From positions 9,055 to 73,054 of the forward strand of contig NW_021832548.1 in NCBI RefSeq assembly GCF_006345805.1: DNA of 64,000 nucleotides, read 5' to 3'. Source of the DNA: Octopus sinensis (taxonomy: Eukaryota). Below are positions 11,590 to 24,225 of the stretch, piece after piece. Made by a program: the position numbers and the translations under genes. A model generated the notes under the pieces. That model had not been told where the DNA came from. It did not search any database and saw only the letters and a list, made by a program, of their open reading frames with translations. Each line of letters starts with the position of its first letter. The stretch's first letter is position 1.

Positions 11590-12830
11590 CCTATAGGCAA
11601 GTACATTGAAATTTTGCATGTGCAGTCATTTATATCTCTATAGAGTAAGTGGCAAATTACAGCTCTGAATTAATTGTGGTTTCTGATTTACAGGTGTTTG
11701 AACTGAGTCAAGTGTGAAATGGAGCCTGTTCAGTGTCGAGCAGTGATCCGGTTTTTGTATTTGAAAGGACGCACACCACGGGAGACTTTTGATGAAATGA
11801 AAGTAACTTATGGTGATGATGCCCCATCATATGACCTTGTAAAACGCTGGCGTTGTGAATTCAAACATGGTCGGAACTCTGTGGAAACAGCTCCCAGATC
11901 TGGTCGCCCCCTTCTGCCATTGATGAGGCATCTGTCCGTCAAGTTGAGGCTGCCATTTTGGAAGATCGACGCATAATTATTCGCCAAACAGCCCATGAGG
12001 TCAAGATTAGTATCGGGTCTGTGGAAACTATCATTCATGACCATTTGCATATGCAAAAGGTGTCTGCCAGATGGATTCCCAGGTTGCTCACGCCTTTCCA
12101 GAAGCAAGAACGCGTCGAGTGCTCGAGGGTGAATTTGGAGATGTGCCAAGAAGATGAGTCAAAATTTTTCAAAAGACTGATTACACAGGATGAAACCTGG
12201 GTCAATCATGATGATCCAGAGACCAAAGCCCAGTCAATGCAGTGGAAGCACCGTGACTCACCTCCTCCAAAGAAGGCAAGGGTGCAGCCCTCCGCTGGCA
12301 AGGTCATGCTCACAGTCTTCTGGGACCAGGACGGAGTAGTGATGACAGATTTCCTGGCAAAGGGTACCACAATTGCAGGAGCCTATTATGCTTCACTTTT
12401 GAGGAAATTAAGTTATCAAAATCAAGAGGCGGGGCAAGATCAGCAAAGGCATCCTCCTCCTGCAGGACAACGCTCCGGTCCACAACTCGCTTGTCACCAG
12501 ATCAGAAGCACAGGCGTATGGCTATGAACTCCTCCCTACTTTCCTGACCTTGCACCCTCTGATTTTCACCTCTTCCCAATCATGAAGTTGTTTTTGAAAG
12601 GAAAGCGTTTCCAAGATGAGGCAGCCTTGATTTCTAAAGTCACGTTGAGGTTGGAGGACCAAGCTGGGTTCTTCTACAAAAACGGTCTCCAGAGCCGCAT
12701 CAAACGATGGGAGAAATGCGTAACTCTGGGTGGTTCCTATGTAGAAACAGACTAATAACTGTGCCAAGTTTCGTTGCTCTACTGCTATGGGAAGTGGGTC
12801 AGGGGCATTACTTATTGAACGCCCCTCGTA
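11590..12830 (+). mobile_element. Mariner (DD34D) transposon with a frameshifted transposase; left TIR not seen
   Basis: ORFs 11719-11976 and 11958-12527 give HTH, ARWIPRLL and ITQDETWV; the shifted frame gives LQDNAPVH and PDLAPSDFHLF; the right TIR ends ...GAACGCCCCTCG-TA at 12830. Confidence 0.93.
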
Positions 12831-12914
12831 TCTATCTTTTTCCAACTAGAATCAGTTTTTCCTATGTTAGTGATAGTATATAGGGGAATGACAATCTCTT
12901 TTCTGTTTATAGGT

Positions 12915-13080
12915 GTAGTGTAGCAGAAGTAGAAATGTATTGGAAAATATTATTTAAACTCTTTCGAAATCATGGTCTATCAATCACAATAGAAGCAGAT
13001 TACAGATCAGCTAATTTTCTAGATATATCAAGATTCAATGTAGGATTATGTACACCGTTCCATAAATCAAACGATTTACA
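12915..13080 (+). mobile_element. Penelope-like RT remnant
   Basis: FRNHGLSITIEADYRSANFLDIS resembles the PLE RT C-terminal motif; a longer paralogous remnant lies at 55140-56060. Confidence 0.6.
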
Positions 13081-13569
13081 AGTATTTATATGTCTGCAAC
13101 GTATATGCCCAGAGGCTGCACATAGACCAGGACTCAAGGTACAGGTACATAAGGTGCGAGACACGAACAATTTCCTGAAGTGACAACACAGCTATTGAAG
13201 GTAAATCAGACGTTAGATTTGGTAGTAGTACCAGTAATAGTAATAATGTTAACAGTGATAGTAATGGTCCTTTCTACAACGGGACTAAGGTCAAGCATTT
13301 GGTGGATGAGGCTTAGACAATTAAAACGATCCCAGTGCTCAATCAATAGTTACTTTACCGACATCGAAATGGTGAAAGACAAAGTCGACCTTGGTGGTAT
13401 TTGATCTCAGAACATGCGACATGACCGAGAATTTGTTCAGGCGTGCTAACGATTGTACCAACTCTAAGCACATTAATTGTTGTAATTGTTGTAACAATAA
13501 TAGTAGGAACTGTAATAATAACAGTGTCAAATATATTATAATAATGACAGTAATATCAAAGAGATAGTA

Positions 13570-13885
13570 GTATAATTGTTGTTGTTTGTTCCTTCTCGAG
13601 CCACGCCTGGCTCATAAGGGCCGGTTTCCCGGTTTCCTTGGCGTATAGGTTCCCCACCTGGATGGGACGTCGGTCCGTCGCAGGTGAGCTGCAAGATGCA
13701 GGAGGGAAGAGTGAGAGAAAGTTGTGGCGAAAGTGTCAGCAGAAGTTCGCCATTACCTTCTGCCGGAGCCTCGTGGAGCATATGTGTTTCGCTCATAAAC
13801 ACTCATCACCCGGTCTGAGATTCGAACCCGCGATCCCTCGACTATGAGTCCACTCCTCTAACCACTAGGCCACATGCCTCCACTA
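13570..13885 (-). mobile_element. tRNA-derived SINE (octopus OR-like), full length
   Basis: A box TGGCCTAGTGG, B box GGGTTCGAATC, tail CTCGAGAAGGAACAAACAACAACAA. Confidence 0.8.
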
Positions 13886-14948
13886 GTAGTATAATTAGTA
13901 ATAGTCAAATAGAGGATATAACTGTAGTTGTTATGCTAAAAGTAATGATAGTCATAAGCGCCCTTTTGAAAATAAATGTCTACGTAGAGACATAGCACAT
14001 CAATGTTCTGTCAAACACAAGGCAATATATACCAGTATACAGGTATGACAGAGGATCACTTCGATAATTGATGGAAAAGCATCATTTCTTCATTCCAGAA
14101 TAAGAACGAAACACCTTAAATGAAAGGACAAATTTGTCACCTCAATAAAGACAATGTAAGATGCTCATTCTTTTGTTCATTACTGTAGGCAGCCTTTCCT
14201 TATGATGGAGATGATCAGGATTGTACTTCTGTATCGAAATTACCCCCAACTGGATATTATAATGTAAGGACAACATTATTAATAAACATTCCGTAATAAT
14301 TATTAGATTTCACCATTGTTTTAGAAAAAACATTTTGCAAGAACTATTGAACTGCTATTGGATATGGGATTGATTAGCCAGAATGTTAAACGCATCCATT
14401 CCCAACTTCCTTCGCGATTTCTTTGATATCTGGAGACATTGACACAGCTTGTGGAAATTACTAGATTTGCCTGGCTATAGAGAGCGTTGTTTGGTACATT
14501 GTATTCAATTATGCGGATTAATACACTATCCGAGGGAAATGGACATCATTATTTCTACGACGTAAAACCTGTCTTTATGTACTTGTTTTCTTTGATTGTA
14601 TTAATTTTACACGAGCGTTTTCTTTAATTTTTTAATTAGAGATACACTCAGTAATGAGAACACAATGTAACCAGATGAACCGGATGAGTCTGACTTTCGA
14701 GTCGTCAATGAGAATGAGTAACCATTATATATTCAAGAAAACATGAATATGTATGTCTATCGATAGCAATTAATATCCGTAATGCGCTTATATCTATGAC
14801 AACTACATATAGGTGTGTGTAGATATCAGTAGCGATATGTCTAGGTGAACTTGCAAATAGATATGTATGTGCATAAATATGTAAAAGTTTGCATGTGTAT
14901 GCGTAAATATATGTACCTATTGTGCATATATGTGTGTGTGTATGTGTA

Positions 14949-14990
<42 letters not shown>

Positions 14991-14991
<1 letters not shown>

Positions 14992-15382
14992 TCTTTTACT
15001 TGTTTCAGTCATTTGACTGCGGCCATGCTGGAGCACTGCCTTTTAGTCGAGCAAATCGACCCCAGGACTTATTTTTTGTAAGTCTAGTACTTATTCTATC
15101 GGTCTCCTTCGCCGAACCGCTAGGTGACGGGGACGTAAACACACTAGCATCGGGTGGGGTGGGGGCAAACACAGACACACAAACATATAAACACATACAT
15201 ATACATATATACATATATACGACGGGATTCTTTCAGTTTCTGTCTACCAAATCCACTCACAAGGATTTGGTCGGCCCGAGGCTATAGTAGAAGACACTTG
15301 CCCAAGATGTCTCGTAGTGGGACTGAACTCGGAACCATGTAGTTAGTAAGCAAGCTACTTACTACACAGCTACTCCTACGCC

Positions 15383-15385
<3 letters not shown>
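14991..15385 (-). mobile_element. tRNA-derived composite SINE with CR1-like tail, full length
   Basis: Head GGCGTAGGAGTAGCTGTG..CCGAGTTCAGTCCC, internal microsatellite, tail GCTCCAGCATGGCCGCAGTCAAATGACTGAAACAAGTAAAAGAG. Confidence 0.85.
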
Positions 15386-15438
<53 letters not shown>

Positions 15439-15949
15439 TATAAAATCCGTTCTGTCTGTGTGTCTTCTAGGATCTCGGGCATCCTCCATCCGATTGCGCT
15501 CAAATTTGATATGTAGATACCAACGGTAGCAGGGCGTGTATAAATCTTGAAAAAAGTTACTAAAATCGATTCCAGGTGAGGATGCGATCGATAAAGCCGT
15601 GGGAATGTGCATTTGTACGCGCAAGTATATCAGCTGTACGTGAGAAAAATGCACGTGCAGTTTTCGCCAAAAAACCGGCTGTCTTGACAAAATGCCACAT
15701 AATGCAGTATATTTAAGAGACCAAAAATGTAAGAAGCAAAAGAGATATTTTCTTCAAACTTGCCATGAAGGAAGAAAAGACTATTTGATTTTTCAAGAAG
15801 TGTATTTTATTTGCCTTAATTTAGGTTAAATCAGTGTTTCTAAAAGGGGAGGCCTATGGGTCGGTCGGATAAGTTGTTTAGAGAAAATTTTGTTTAAATG
15901 TTTGACAACTCAGCACCGTCCGTTGTACGGGGGGGGGCCTTATGGTCGT

Positions 15950-16019
<70 letters not shown>

Positions 16020-16108
16020 TTATATTAGAAAATATATACGCGTGTATGAGCACAGACACACACACACATACACACATGTATATATATATATATATATTGT
16101 CGAGGTAT

Positions 16109-16179
16109 ATGCAGCTGATGAAGACAAATCAAATCTACGATGGCAAACGTATTTGAAGAGTCTGAAACTGGTACTGCAT
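16109..16179 (+). ncRNA. Type I hammerhead ribozyme (minimal stem III)
   Basis: ATGCAG-CTGATGA-AGAC[extended stem TCAAA/TACG..CGTA/TTTGA]GTCT-GAAA-C-TG-GTA-CTGCAT; canonical core, predicted cleavage after 16173. Confidence 0.75.
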
Positions 16180-16378
16180 TATCCGTTTCTAGATTTTTCA
16201 TTTTTCAGATGTTCTTCCTAGAGGTAAGACAAATTTTTTTCATGTTTGTTGCACACACACGTCTTTACTAGTATATACGCATTGAAGCTATACAATAGCG
16301 TCGTATTTATTACGCTCGCTATTTTCCAGTAAATATCGGTACTTCGTTGTACCATTTATTTACTTTGATATGTATATG

Positions 16379-16556
<178 letters not shown>

Positions 16557-16856
16557 ATGTATATATCTATGTATATACGTGTAGATACGTGCATGAAAAT
16601 ATAGAGGTATGCATGTTTATGTGAGTGTACATATCGAGGTGTATGAGGTGGACTTCAAAGCATGTGAGCGGAGCATGGGTGTAATTTATGTACAATCATG
16701 TATGAGAGTCAGAATATGAATTTAGTAAGAGGTGAATATTTCCCTCAAAACCTCTTCATAGGGGCCTTAGTAATATCGTATATATGTGTAAACTACCCTG
16801 TTTATTGTAAAACACACACACATATACATACATATATATATATATATATATGTGTG

Positions 16857-17050
16857 TGTACCGTTGGCGATTTTTTTCCCTCTGTCTTCCCTTCCCTGGA
16901 TCTTTCCTTCTCCTATGGTTCCGATGAAGAGCTCCGCTCGAAACGTTAAACCCTCCTTCTTTCCTTCTTTCCTGGACGTCCAAAAATACTATATTTGTTC
17001 CACGTCCTCGCGTTGTTGTGTTTTTTGTGCTTTCTTGTTTGGATTAACTT
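16857..17050 (+). mobile_element. Short interspersed PLE pLTR-like repeat carrying a variant hammerhead motif (16917-16952)
   Basis: GGTT-CCGATGA-AGAGCTCCGCTC-GAAAC-GTT-AAACC; further copies at 51727-51935 (-) and 57011-57205 (+). Confidence 0.65.
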
Positions 17051-17059
17051 ATATATATA

Positions 17060-18420
17060 CTAGCAGAATTGCCCGGCGATGCTCGGGGCTGAATTGCTTG
17101 AAAGTACTGTTAATGATTGCACTGAATTATGATTATTCAGGCAAATATTAATATAAGTTTATGGTGGGAGATAAGGACTTAACGATCAAACGTGTGCCAT
17201 TGCATTGTTTTGGGGAAACCAAATTTCTAATGAGCATTATAGGGGCACCAACTTTAAGTTTGAGAATGTGTGGTGGTAGTCCGGGGGTGGGGTGAAAGGA
17301 ATTGAGTACCTCTATTGGATAGTTGCTGACGTCTTCTGGGTCAGGAGTTGTATCGATAGACTTATATACATAGACATCCCCAGGAATGTTCCACGTCCTC
17401 GCGTTGTTGTGTTTTTTGTGCTTTCATCATTAATATGGTGAACAGTTTTATTCCTCGGGGCCAGTATAGCCTTTTTGCCAATCCAATCCATATTCTGATA
17501 ATTAGCTTGTAGATCTGGGAACACTGCATCTCTGAGATCAGAAGGAATTTCAACAATGGTACAAATGGAATCGATGGCAATATTACCATTTTCATTCCCT
17601 GGTATTTTGCCTTCGCCAAGTGCAAGGAGGGTGTGAGAAAATGCTGCTGATGTGATATCACGTCGCATATGAGCACGCATATTGGTGTGAAGTTTGAGAG
17701 TCTTCACCAGTGGCCACAATGTGGATGACTTAAGACACGCACTTACTGCATCAGCTCTAGTCCCTTTGGGAATAACGGGAAGTGTTTACCGGAAGTCCCC
17801 TGAAAGAAGAAGTGTTATGCCTCCCATGGGAGCTGAGAGTGTTTGATGTCTCTGAGAGATCTATCTAGTGCCTCAAGAGCACCTCTGTGGGCCATCGTGC
17901 ATTCATCCCAAACGATAAGCTTGCATCGTCTGAAGACTTCTGCCTGATCGGAGCTGTTACTGATGTTGCAAGTTGGTGTCTCAGTCTTCGCTAAGTCAAG
18001 CGGGAGCTTGAAAGTGGAGTGAACTGTCCTGCCGCCTGGCAACAAAGTAGCCGCAATTCCAGATGATGCCACAGCTAGGGCAATGTCTTGTGTTCGCCTA
18101 ATCTCAGCCAATATTAATTTGTTGACAAAAGTTTTCCCAGTGCCCCCAGGAGCGTCCAGGAAAAAAATCCCCCCAGCTTTGGCCCGGACTGAATTAACAA
18201 CGGAGTTGTAAGCGAACTTCTGTTCTGGAAGGAGCTTTGGCTCATTGTCGACTATGTACTCGGCAAGCTCGTCAACATTAAAACATGTCTCACGCAGCAA
18301 ATGTGAAGACAGAGTGTGTGTGCCTTCCCGGTTTGTTGAAGGTAGGCCATAGACCGGCAAGGCACTACCGCCCATATCAAGTACAGTATCTTCGAACGTA
18401 GTTTGTTACCACACAGCCAC
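17060..18420 (-). mobile_element. Helitron 3' fragment with PIF1-family helicase (disrupted)
   Basis: FFLDAPGGTGKT, VASSGIAATLLPGGRTVHS, IVWDECTM, GDFRQTLPV and AILAPRN; 3' hairpin CCCCGAGCATCGCCGGG and CTAG at 17060-17063. Confidence 0.93.
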
Positions 18421-19043
18421 ACCTGCCCCTATGTATGTGTGTGTGTGTGAGTGTGTGTGTGTGTGTGTGTGTGTATGGGTAGATATATTATGCATGTATA
18501 TATGTGTATATATATATGTGTACATATTACATGTACATCTATATATATATATACATCTACACATAAAATACAAAATACAAAGTTATATCTTGATATCGCT
18601 AGTGATAACAATACACAAAATATATAACAGACTGGAATTGTAGGCCCGTCTCTTGCAATTTCGATCAATTGGATCTTGTCCTCCCTCTTGTATAGAAGTT
18701 TACGGCTGCAGCGAAATTCATTTTTGGACTTTCTTCTATCGAAGGCATTTTAACAAAAATGCTTCCGTAAAGACAGTAAAAATATTGTCAATTTCCCCAA
18801 AGAGGGACACAATTCAATTTTTAAACAATAACCAAAGCCCCTTCTCCGAAAGGGGGAGGGTTGCGGTTTACAATTATTTAACAAATGCAACACAACAACG
18901 TTTCCCTGACGAGGAACCAAGAAACGTGATTACAATAGTTAAACAGTAATAATAATAACAACAAACCTTTTTAATTTATCCCCATTTATGTGAAAGCACT
19001 TATTCAAGTTCAAGTCATTGATGCAATTTTATACAAATTGCTA

Positions 19044-19080
<37 letters not shown>

Positions 19081-19498
19081 ATAAGGGTGAAAAATTGAAT
19101 ATTAATTTGATTAATATGAATTGAAAAGCAGTGGTGTAGCATATAAGAGCATAGCGGATCTTCCTCTAGCAAAATAACGACCAGTATTAATGACTCATCC
19201 CTGTTATATAAATACTTTCATTTTAATTGTTGCACACTTGCAAAGAGAAAGGAGAAAGTGTAGTGGTAATGGAAGGAGTGAAGCACTTGAAATGAGAGAG
19301 GCAAATCGTAAAATATTGAGTTGTCTCGAATTTTTGCTAAATTGGGGGTCAAATTGAAAAAACTTTATATGCCATGACCCAATGGAATCTACTTAGAAAA
19401 ATCATAGGTAAATTCCAATTGAAGAAATTCTATATTGTACAATTGTATAAAAAACGAACGATTTGGGAGGCAGAGGAAATCTGCCTTTTATCATAAGA

Positions 19499-20345
19499 CT
19501 AGCAGAATTGCCCGGCGTTGCTCGGGGCTGAATTGCTTGAAAGTACAGTTAATGATTGCACTGAATTATGATGATTATTCAGGCAAATATTGATATAAGC
19601 TTACGGTGGAAGATAAGGACTTAACGATCAAACGTGTGCCATTGTATTGTTTTGGGGGAACCAAATTTCTGATGAGCATTATAGGGGCACCAACTTTAAG
19701 TTTTAGAAAGTGTGGTGTTAGTCCGGGGTGCTCAAAGGAATTGAGTACCTCTATTGGATAGTTGATGACGTCCTCTGGGTCAGGAGTTGTATCGATAGCC
19801 TGATATACATAGACTTCCCCAGGAATGAGTTTTAGCATTTCATCATTAATATGGTGAACAGTTTTATTCCTCGGGGCCAGTATAGCCTTTTTGCCAATCC
19901 AATCCATATTCTGATAATTAGCTTGTAGATCTGGAAACACTGCATCTCTGAGATCAGAAGGCGTCTTAACAATGGTACAAATGGAATCGATGGCAATATT
20001 ACCATTTTCATCCCCTGGTATTTTGCCTTCGCCAAGTGCCAGGAGGGTGTGAGGAAATGCTGCTGATGTGATATTACGTCGCATATGAGCACGCATATTG
20101 GTGTGAAGTTTGAGAGTTACTTCCCTTTATTAAAAAAAATATGCATTAAAATGGAAAAAAATGATGGTAAATTATTTGTAAAATCATAGACTCATCGTAG
20201 ACGCGCGCTAATACCCAGAAGGGCTCGATATGAATCACGACTATAAGATACCCGGTTTTGGTTAAACTGCATCGCAAAATGTGGGAGTAGTTGGGAATCT
20301 AAATTGGAGTAGACAGACACACAAGCTTTCTTTTATATATAAATA
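19499..20345 (-). mobile_element. Chimeric Helitron: 5' half of the non-autonomous family fused to a helicase 3' fragment
   Basis: ORF 19575-20096 (AILAPRN, LKLKVGAPIMLIRNL); CTAG at 19499-19502; junction at GAGAGT microhomology at about 20112. Confidence 0.85.
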
Positions 20346-20664
20346 TTTTCGTCCTAAAAAACTTTGTATGGATTGAATGGTTACCTCTATGGAAATATAT
20401 ACACGCACATTATACATACATGTGTGTATAGATGAATATATAAATACATTTAAATATCTATATACACTTTTGGGCGATCTTTCTGTTTCTTAGAGATAAC
20501 TTTATCCCGTCCGATTCGCTCCAAAATTTACAGGGACACGTAGAGTGAGGTGACGATGCTCGTGGGCTACCTTAGAAATCCCTATCTTAAAAGGTGTGGT
20601 TGCTATGGGCCATCTTCCTCACTCACCCTATTTCCTCCAGTACCCTGTCACTCCTCTTCATTTG

Positions 20665-21139
20665 ACAAACCACTACGGTTATTTAATGTAAAGTCTTCCT
20701 CAAATCACTCTCTCGCTATTTACTCTCTTCCAAGAACATTTTCACTCACTCTTATCTCTTAGCTTCCCATACACTTTACTCATGTATCTATCAGCGTGAT
20801 AGACAGAAACAAATATTACATCGCCATCGCCATCGCATTCTATTGTCTACCTGTCAACACACACACAGTGAATTACTTTCACTTTATTCGTTGCACACTG
20901 TGTGTGCGTGTGCGTGTGGTGTAGACCACACTAAGAGAAGCATTTGACTCATACACCACAATGTGAGTTTTCTCTAAATTTTGCTTAATTGGGGTTGAAA
21001 TTTTAAAAAGTGGACCTGGCAAAACCCGATGCATTCTACTCTTAAAAATGCTAGGTAAATTGTAATTGAAGAAATCCTATATTGTAGATTTCTATAAGAG
21101 ACAAAGGGAGGCAGATAAAATCTGCCTTTTATAATAAGA
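20665..21139 (-). mobile_element. Second non-autonomous Helitron-like family (5' TCTTATTATAAAAGGCAG)
   Basis: Related copies at about 19260-19498, 22430-22736 and 24243-24730; 5' TC terminus; no clear CTAG end seen. Confidence 0.6.
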
Positions 21140-21533
21140 CTAGCAGTATCGCCCGGCGTTGCTCGGGTTGTAAGGGAAATAACTATATAAGCATTTTTAG
21201 AGAGTTATAGCCAAAAAATAGCAAAAAAATGCATTAAAAATTGAAAAAAAATTAAGGTAAATTTTTTTTTAAATCGTTGACACATCGTAGATATTTTTAG
21301 AGAGTTACTTCCCTTATATAAAAACGAAAAAAATGCATTAAAAGGGAAAAATATGATGGTAAATTTTTTTTAATCGTAGACTCATCGTAGACGCACGCTA
21401 ATACCCAGAAGGGCTCGATATGAATCACGACTATAAGATACCCGCTTTTGGTTAAACTTCACCGCAAAATGTGGGAGTAGTTAGGAATCTAAATCGTAGG
21501 AGACAGACACACAACTTCACTCTTATATAAAGA
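21140..21533 (-). mobile_element. Non-autonomous Helitron (same family as 5258-5650)
   Basis: CTAG at 21140, hairpin, 5' TC at 21533. Confidence 0.88.
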
Positions 21534-21539
21534 TGCTTT

Positions 21540-21849
21540 TTTTTCAGTCATAGAGTTAGATTTATGAAGGTCTTCAGTAGAAAATCCTTTGAATTCTGAC
21601 TCGCTGCTTGATATAATGAAATTTTGTCAGAATTACAAATTTTGAAAACACAATAGGAACAAATTTCGGAAAAAAATCTCCCATAATTCACGGAATTAAA
21701 ATTACACTTCGATTTTTGTACAAAACTGTAGTTGAAGTGTTTACGAAGTATAATACGTGTTTTCACGAATGTACTAAAGAGATTTGCTCTGATATTCTCA
21801 TTTAAATATGAATAGGTAAATTCGGGCGGCTTGGTAACGAAAGGGTTAA
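21540..21849. mobile_element. piggyBac-like MITE remnant (one terminus)
   Basis: Terminus GGTAACGAAAGGG followed by TTAA at 21846-21849. Confidence 0.45.
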
Positions 21850-22736
21850 ACGGATGCATACATTTATTAATCTCTTATTATAATAACTATATATAAGTGT
21901 CGTCTGTTTATACGTAAACACTGTTTCATACTGCAATTATATATACATATATCTATATATAATATTATATAATAAAATATATACAGAGTAAAATAAAAAC
22001 CAATTTACCTTTTCTGTCCGTCCGTGTGTCTTTGCAAATGTGTTGGAATGATAAGTGAGTTGTGTTTTGGCGCCTTTTTTACTAATAACAAACACACACG
22101 TGTTTGTATGTAGTTGTATGTGTATGTAGTTGTATGTAGTTGTATATGTATGTGTATGCGTGTGTGTGAGGAATGACACACACACACTCACGCACGCACA
22201 CATGTACATCAATGCTTTCGGTGTGATATGTTAAAATATTGAGTTTTCTCGAATTTTGTCTTAATTGGTGGTAAAATTGAAAGAAATTTTTTATGGCATC
22301 ACCCACTGAAGTACTCTGAAAAATCATGGGTACACTCTAATTGAAGAAATTGTGTGAGGAGTAAATCGCTATGTATTTATCTGTTTCTGTTTGCTGTGTT
22401 TTTTTATTTTTTGAGTAGTGGTTTAAATACTTTCAGTTTAGTCTTCCTCAAATCACTCTGTCGCTATTTACTTTCATTTTATTCGTTGCACACTGTGTGT
22501 GTGCGTGTGCGTGTGGTGTAAACCACATTAAGAAAAGCATTTGACACACACACCAGAATGTGAGTTTTCTGTAAATTTTGCTTAATTGGAGTTTAAATTT
22601 TAAAAACTGGACCTGGCATGACCCGATGCTTTCTACTCTTAAAAATGCTAGGTAAATTGTAATTGAAGAAATCCTATATTGTAGATTTCTATAACTCCCA
22701 AGGGAGGCAGATAAAATCTGCTTTTATAATAAGAGA

Positions 22737-23129
22737 CTAGCAGTATCGCCCGGCCTTGCTCGGGTTTGTAAGGGAAATAATTATATAAGCATTTTTAGAG
22801 ATGTAAAGTATAATAGCCATCTCAATATGGCTAACCACAAAGGGGGAGGGGTGTTACTGTAGCTTTTTACGTTCTGAGATTTAATAATGAATTTTAAAGA
22901 GTTACTTCCCTTATATATGTCAAAAATGGATTAAAAATGGGAAAAATTGATGGTAATTTTTTTTAAATCGTAGACTCATCGTAGACGCGCGCTAATACCC
23001 AGACGGTCTCGATATGAATTACGACTATAAGATACCCGGTTTTGGTTAAACTGCACCGCAAAATGTGGGAGTAGTTAGGAATCTAAATCGTAGGAGACAG
23101 ACACACAACCTCACTTTTATATATAAAGA
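22737..23129 (-). mobile_element. Non-autonomous Helitron variant with about 90 bp of extra internal sequence
   Basis: CTAG at 22737, TC at 23129; extra segment at about 22800-22895 relative to the 5258 and 21140 copies. Confidence 0.85.
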
Positions 23130-23192
23130 TTTCCTCTATTTACATAATATTGAGGTCTCTTTCTTTCTTTTGTTATCTTACTGTTTTTACCA

Positions 23193-23262
<70 letters not shown>

Positions 23263-23326
23263 GTTACAGAGATGTACTTGCATAGCAAGTGACTTGATCT
23301 GAGATCGTGTGCTGGAACGAAAACAG

Positions 23327-23585
23327 TTGGAGCGTTGAAGGTGTTTATAAGCCATTTAAGAAACACACAAAAACCGTTAGATTCACTTCAACATTTAAAT
23401 TTAATTTGCCAAAATATTTTCGTCGCTTTGAGACCGCGACCCGTTAGCACGATATTTTTGTCAGTGAACAGGTCGCGGTCTCAAAGCGGGGAAAATATTT
23501 TGGCAAATTAAATTTAAATGTTGAAGTGAATCTAACGTTTTTTGTGTGTTTCTTAAATGGCTTACAAACACCCTCCACGCTGCAA
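23327..23585. repeat. Long inverted repeat, 115-bp arms, 29-nt spacer
   Basis: Arms 23327-23441 and 23471-23585 differ at about 7 positions; flanked by (TA)n. Confidence 0.92.
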
Positions 23586-23954
23586 TATATATATACACAC
23601 ATATATATATATATGTATGTATGTATGTATGTGTGTATATGTGTATGCATGTATGTGTGTGTGTGTGCGTGTCTGTGCTTGTGATTGTCCTCCACCACTG
23701 CTTGACAACGAATGTTGGTTTGTTTACATCCCTGTCACCTAGTGGTTTGACAAAGGAAACAGATAGAATAAGTACAATGCTTACAAAAATAAAACTGGAG
23801 TTGATTCATTAAACTACAATTCTTCAAGGCATTGCCCCAGCATGGCCACAGACCAATGGCTGGAAAAAGCAGAAGAATAAAAGAATACATTCTCTGCTTT
23901 GGTCTTATGTTCAAGGCATGAGAAAGCTTGAGTTTACATGAGAAGGCCTAACAG

Positions 23955-24225
23955 ACCTGGTAGAAACAGCAGCCAAATCTCCCTCAAATCACACCTTACT
24001 GTCTTATGTATGTATATATATATATGAGCCAATGAGGGGGACCTCTACATGGTAGCTAGACCTGGTAGAAATAGCAGCCAAATTTCCCCCAAATCACACC
24101 TTACTGTCTTATCTATGTATATATGTATGTATGAGCCTATGAGGGAGACCCCTACATGGCAGCTAGACATGGTAGAAATAGCAGCCAAATCTCCCTCAAA
24201 TCACACCTTACTGTCTTATGTATGT
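23955..24225 (+). repeat. Three imperfect tandem units of about 110 bp (GGTAGAAATAGCAGCCAAATCTCCCTCAAATCACACCTTACTGTCTTA)
   Basis: Direct observation. Confidence 0.8.

Larger units (their letters stand above)
6900..13560 (+). repeat. Older direct duplication D1, paralogous to 52500-56600 (3' end of an Ig-gene paralogue)
   Basis: Collinear matches in exons, SINE remnants, (CATA)n, PLE remnant and the GTA/ATA-rich tract; roughly 70-75% identity by eye. Confidence 0.85.

Noticed and set aside
13790-13885. tRNA gene suggested by A and B boxes
   Set aside because: It runs into a SINE body and tail, and no acceptor stem closes; it is a tRNA-derived SINE head.
18905-18945. Possible hammerhead CTGACGAGGAACCAAGAAACGTG
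   Set aside because: Stem II is poor, there is no valid NUH plus stem I pairing, and it is at best decayed.
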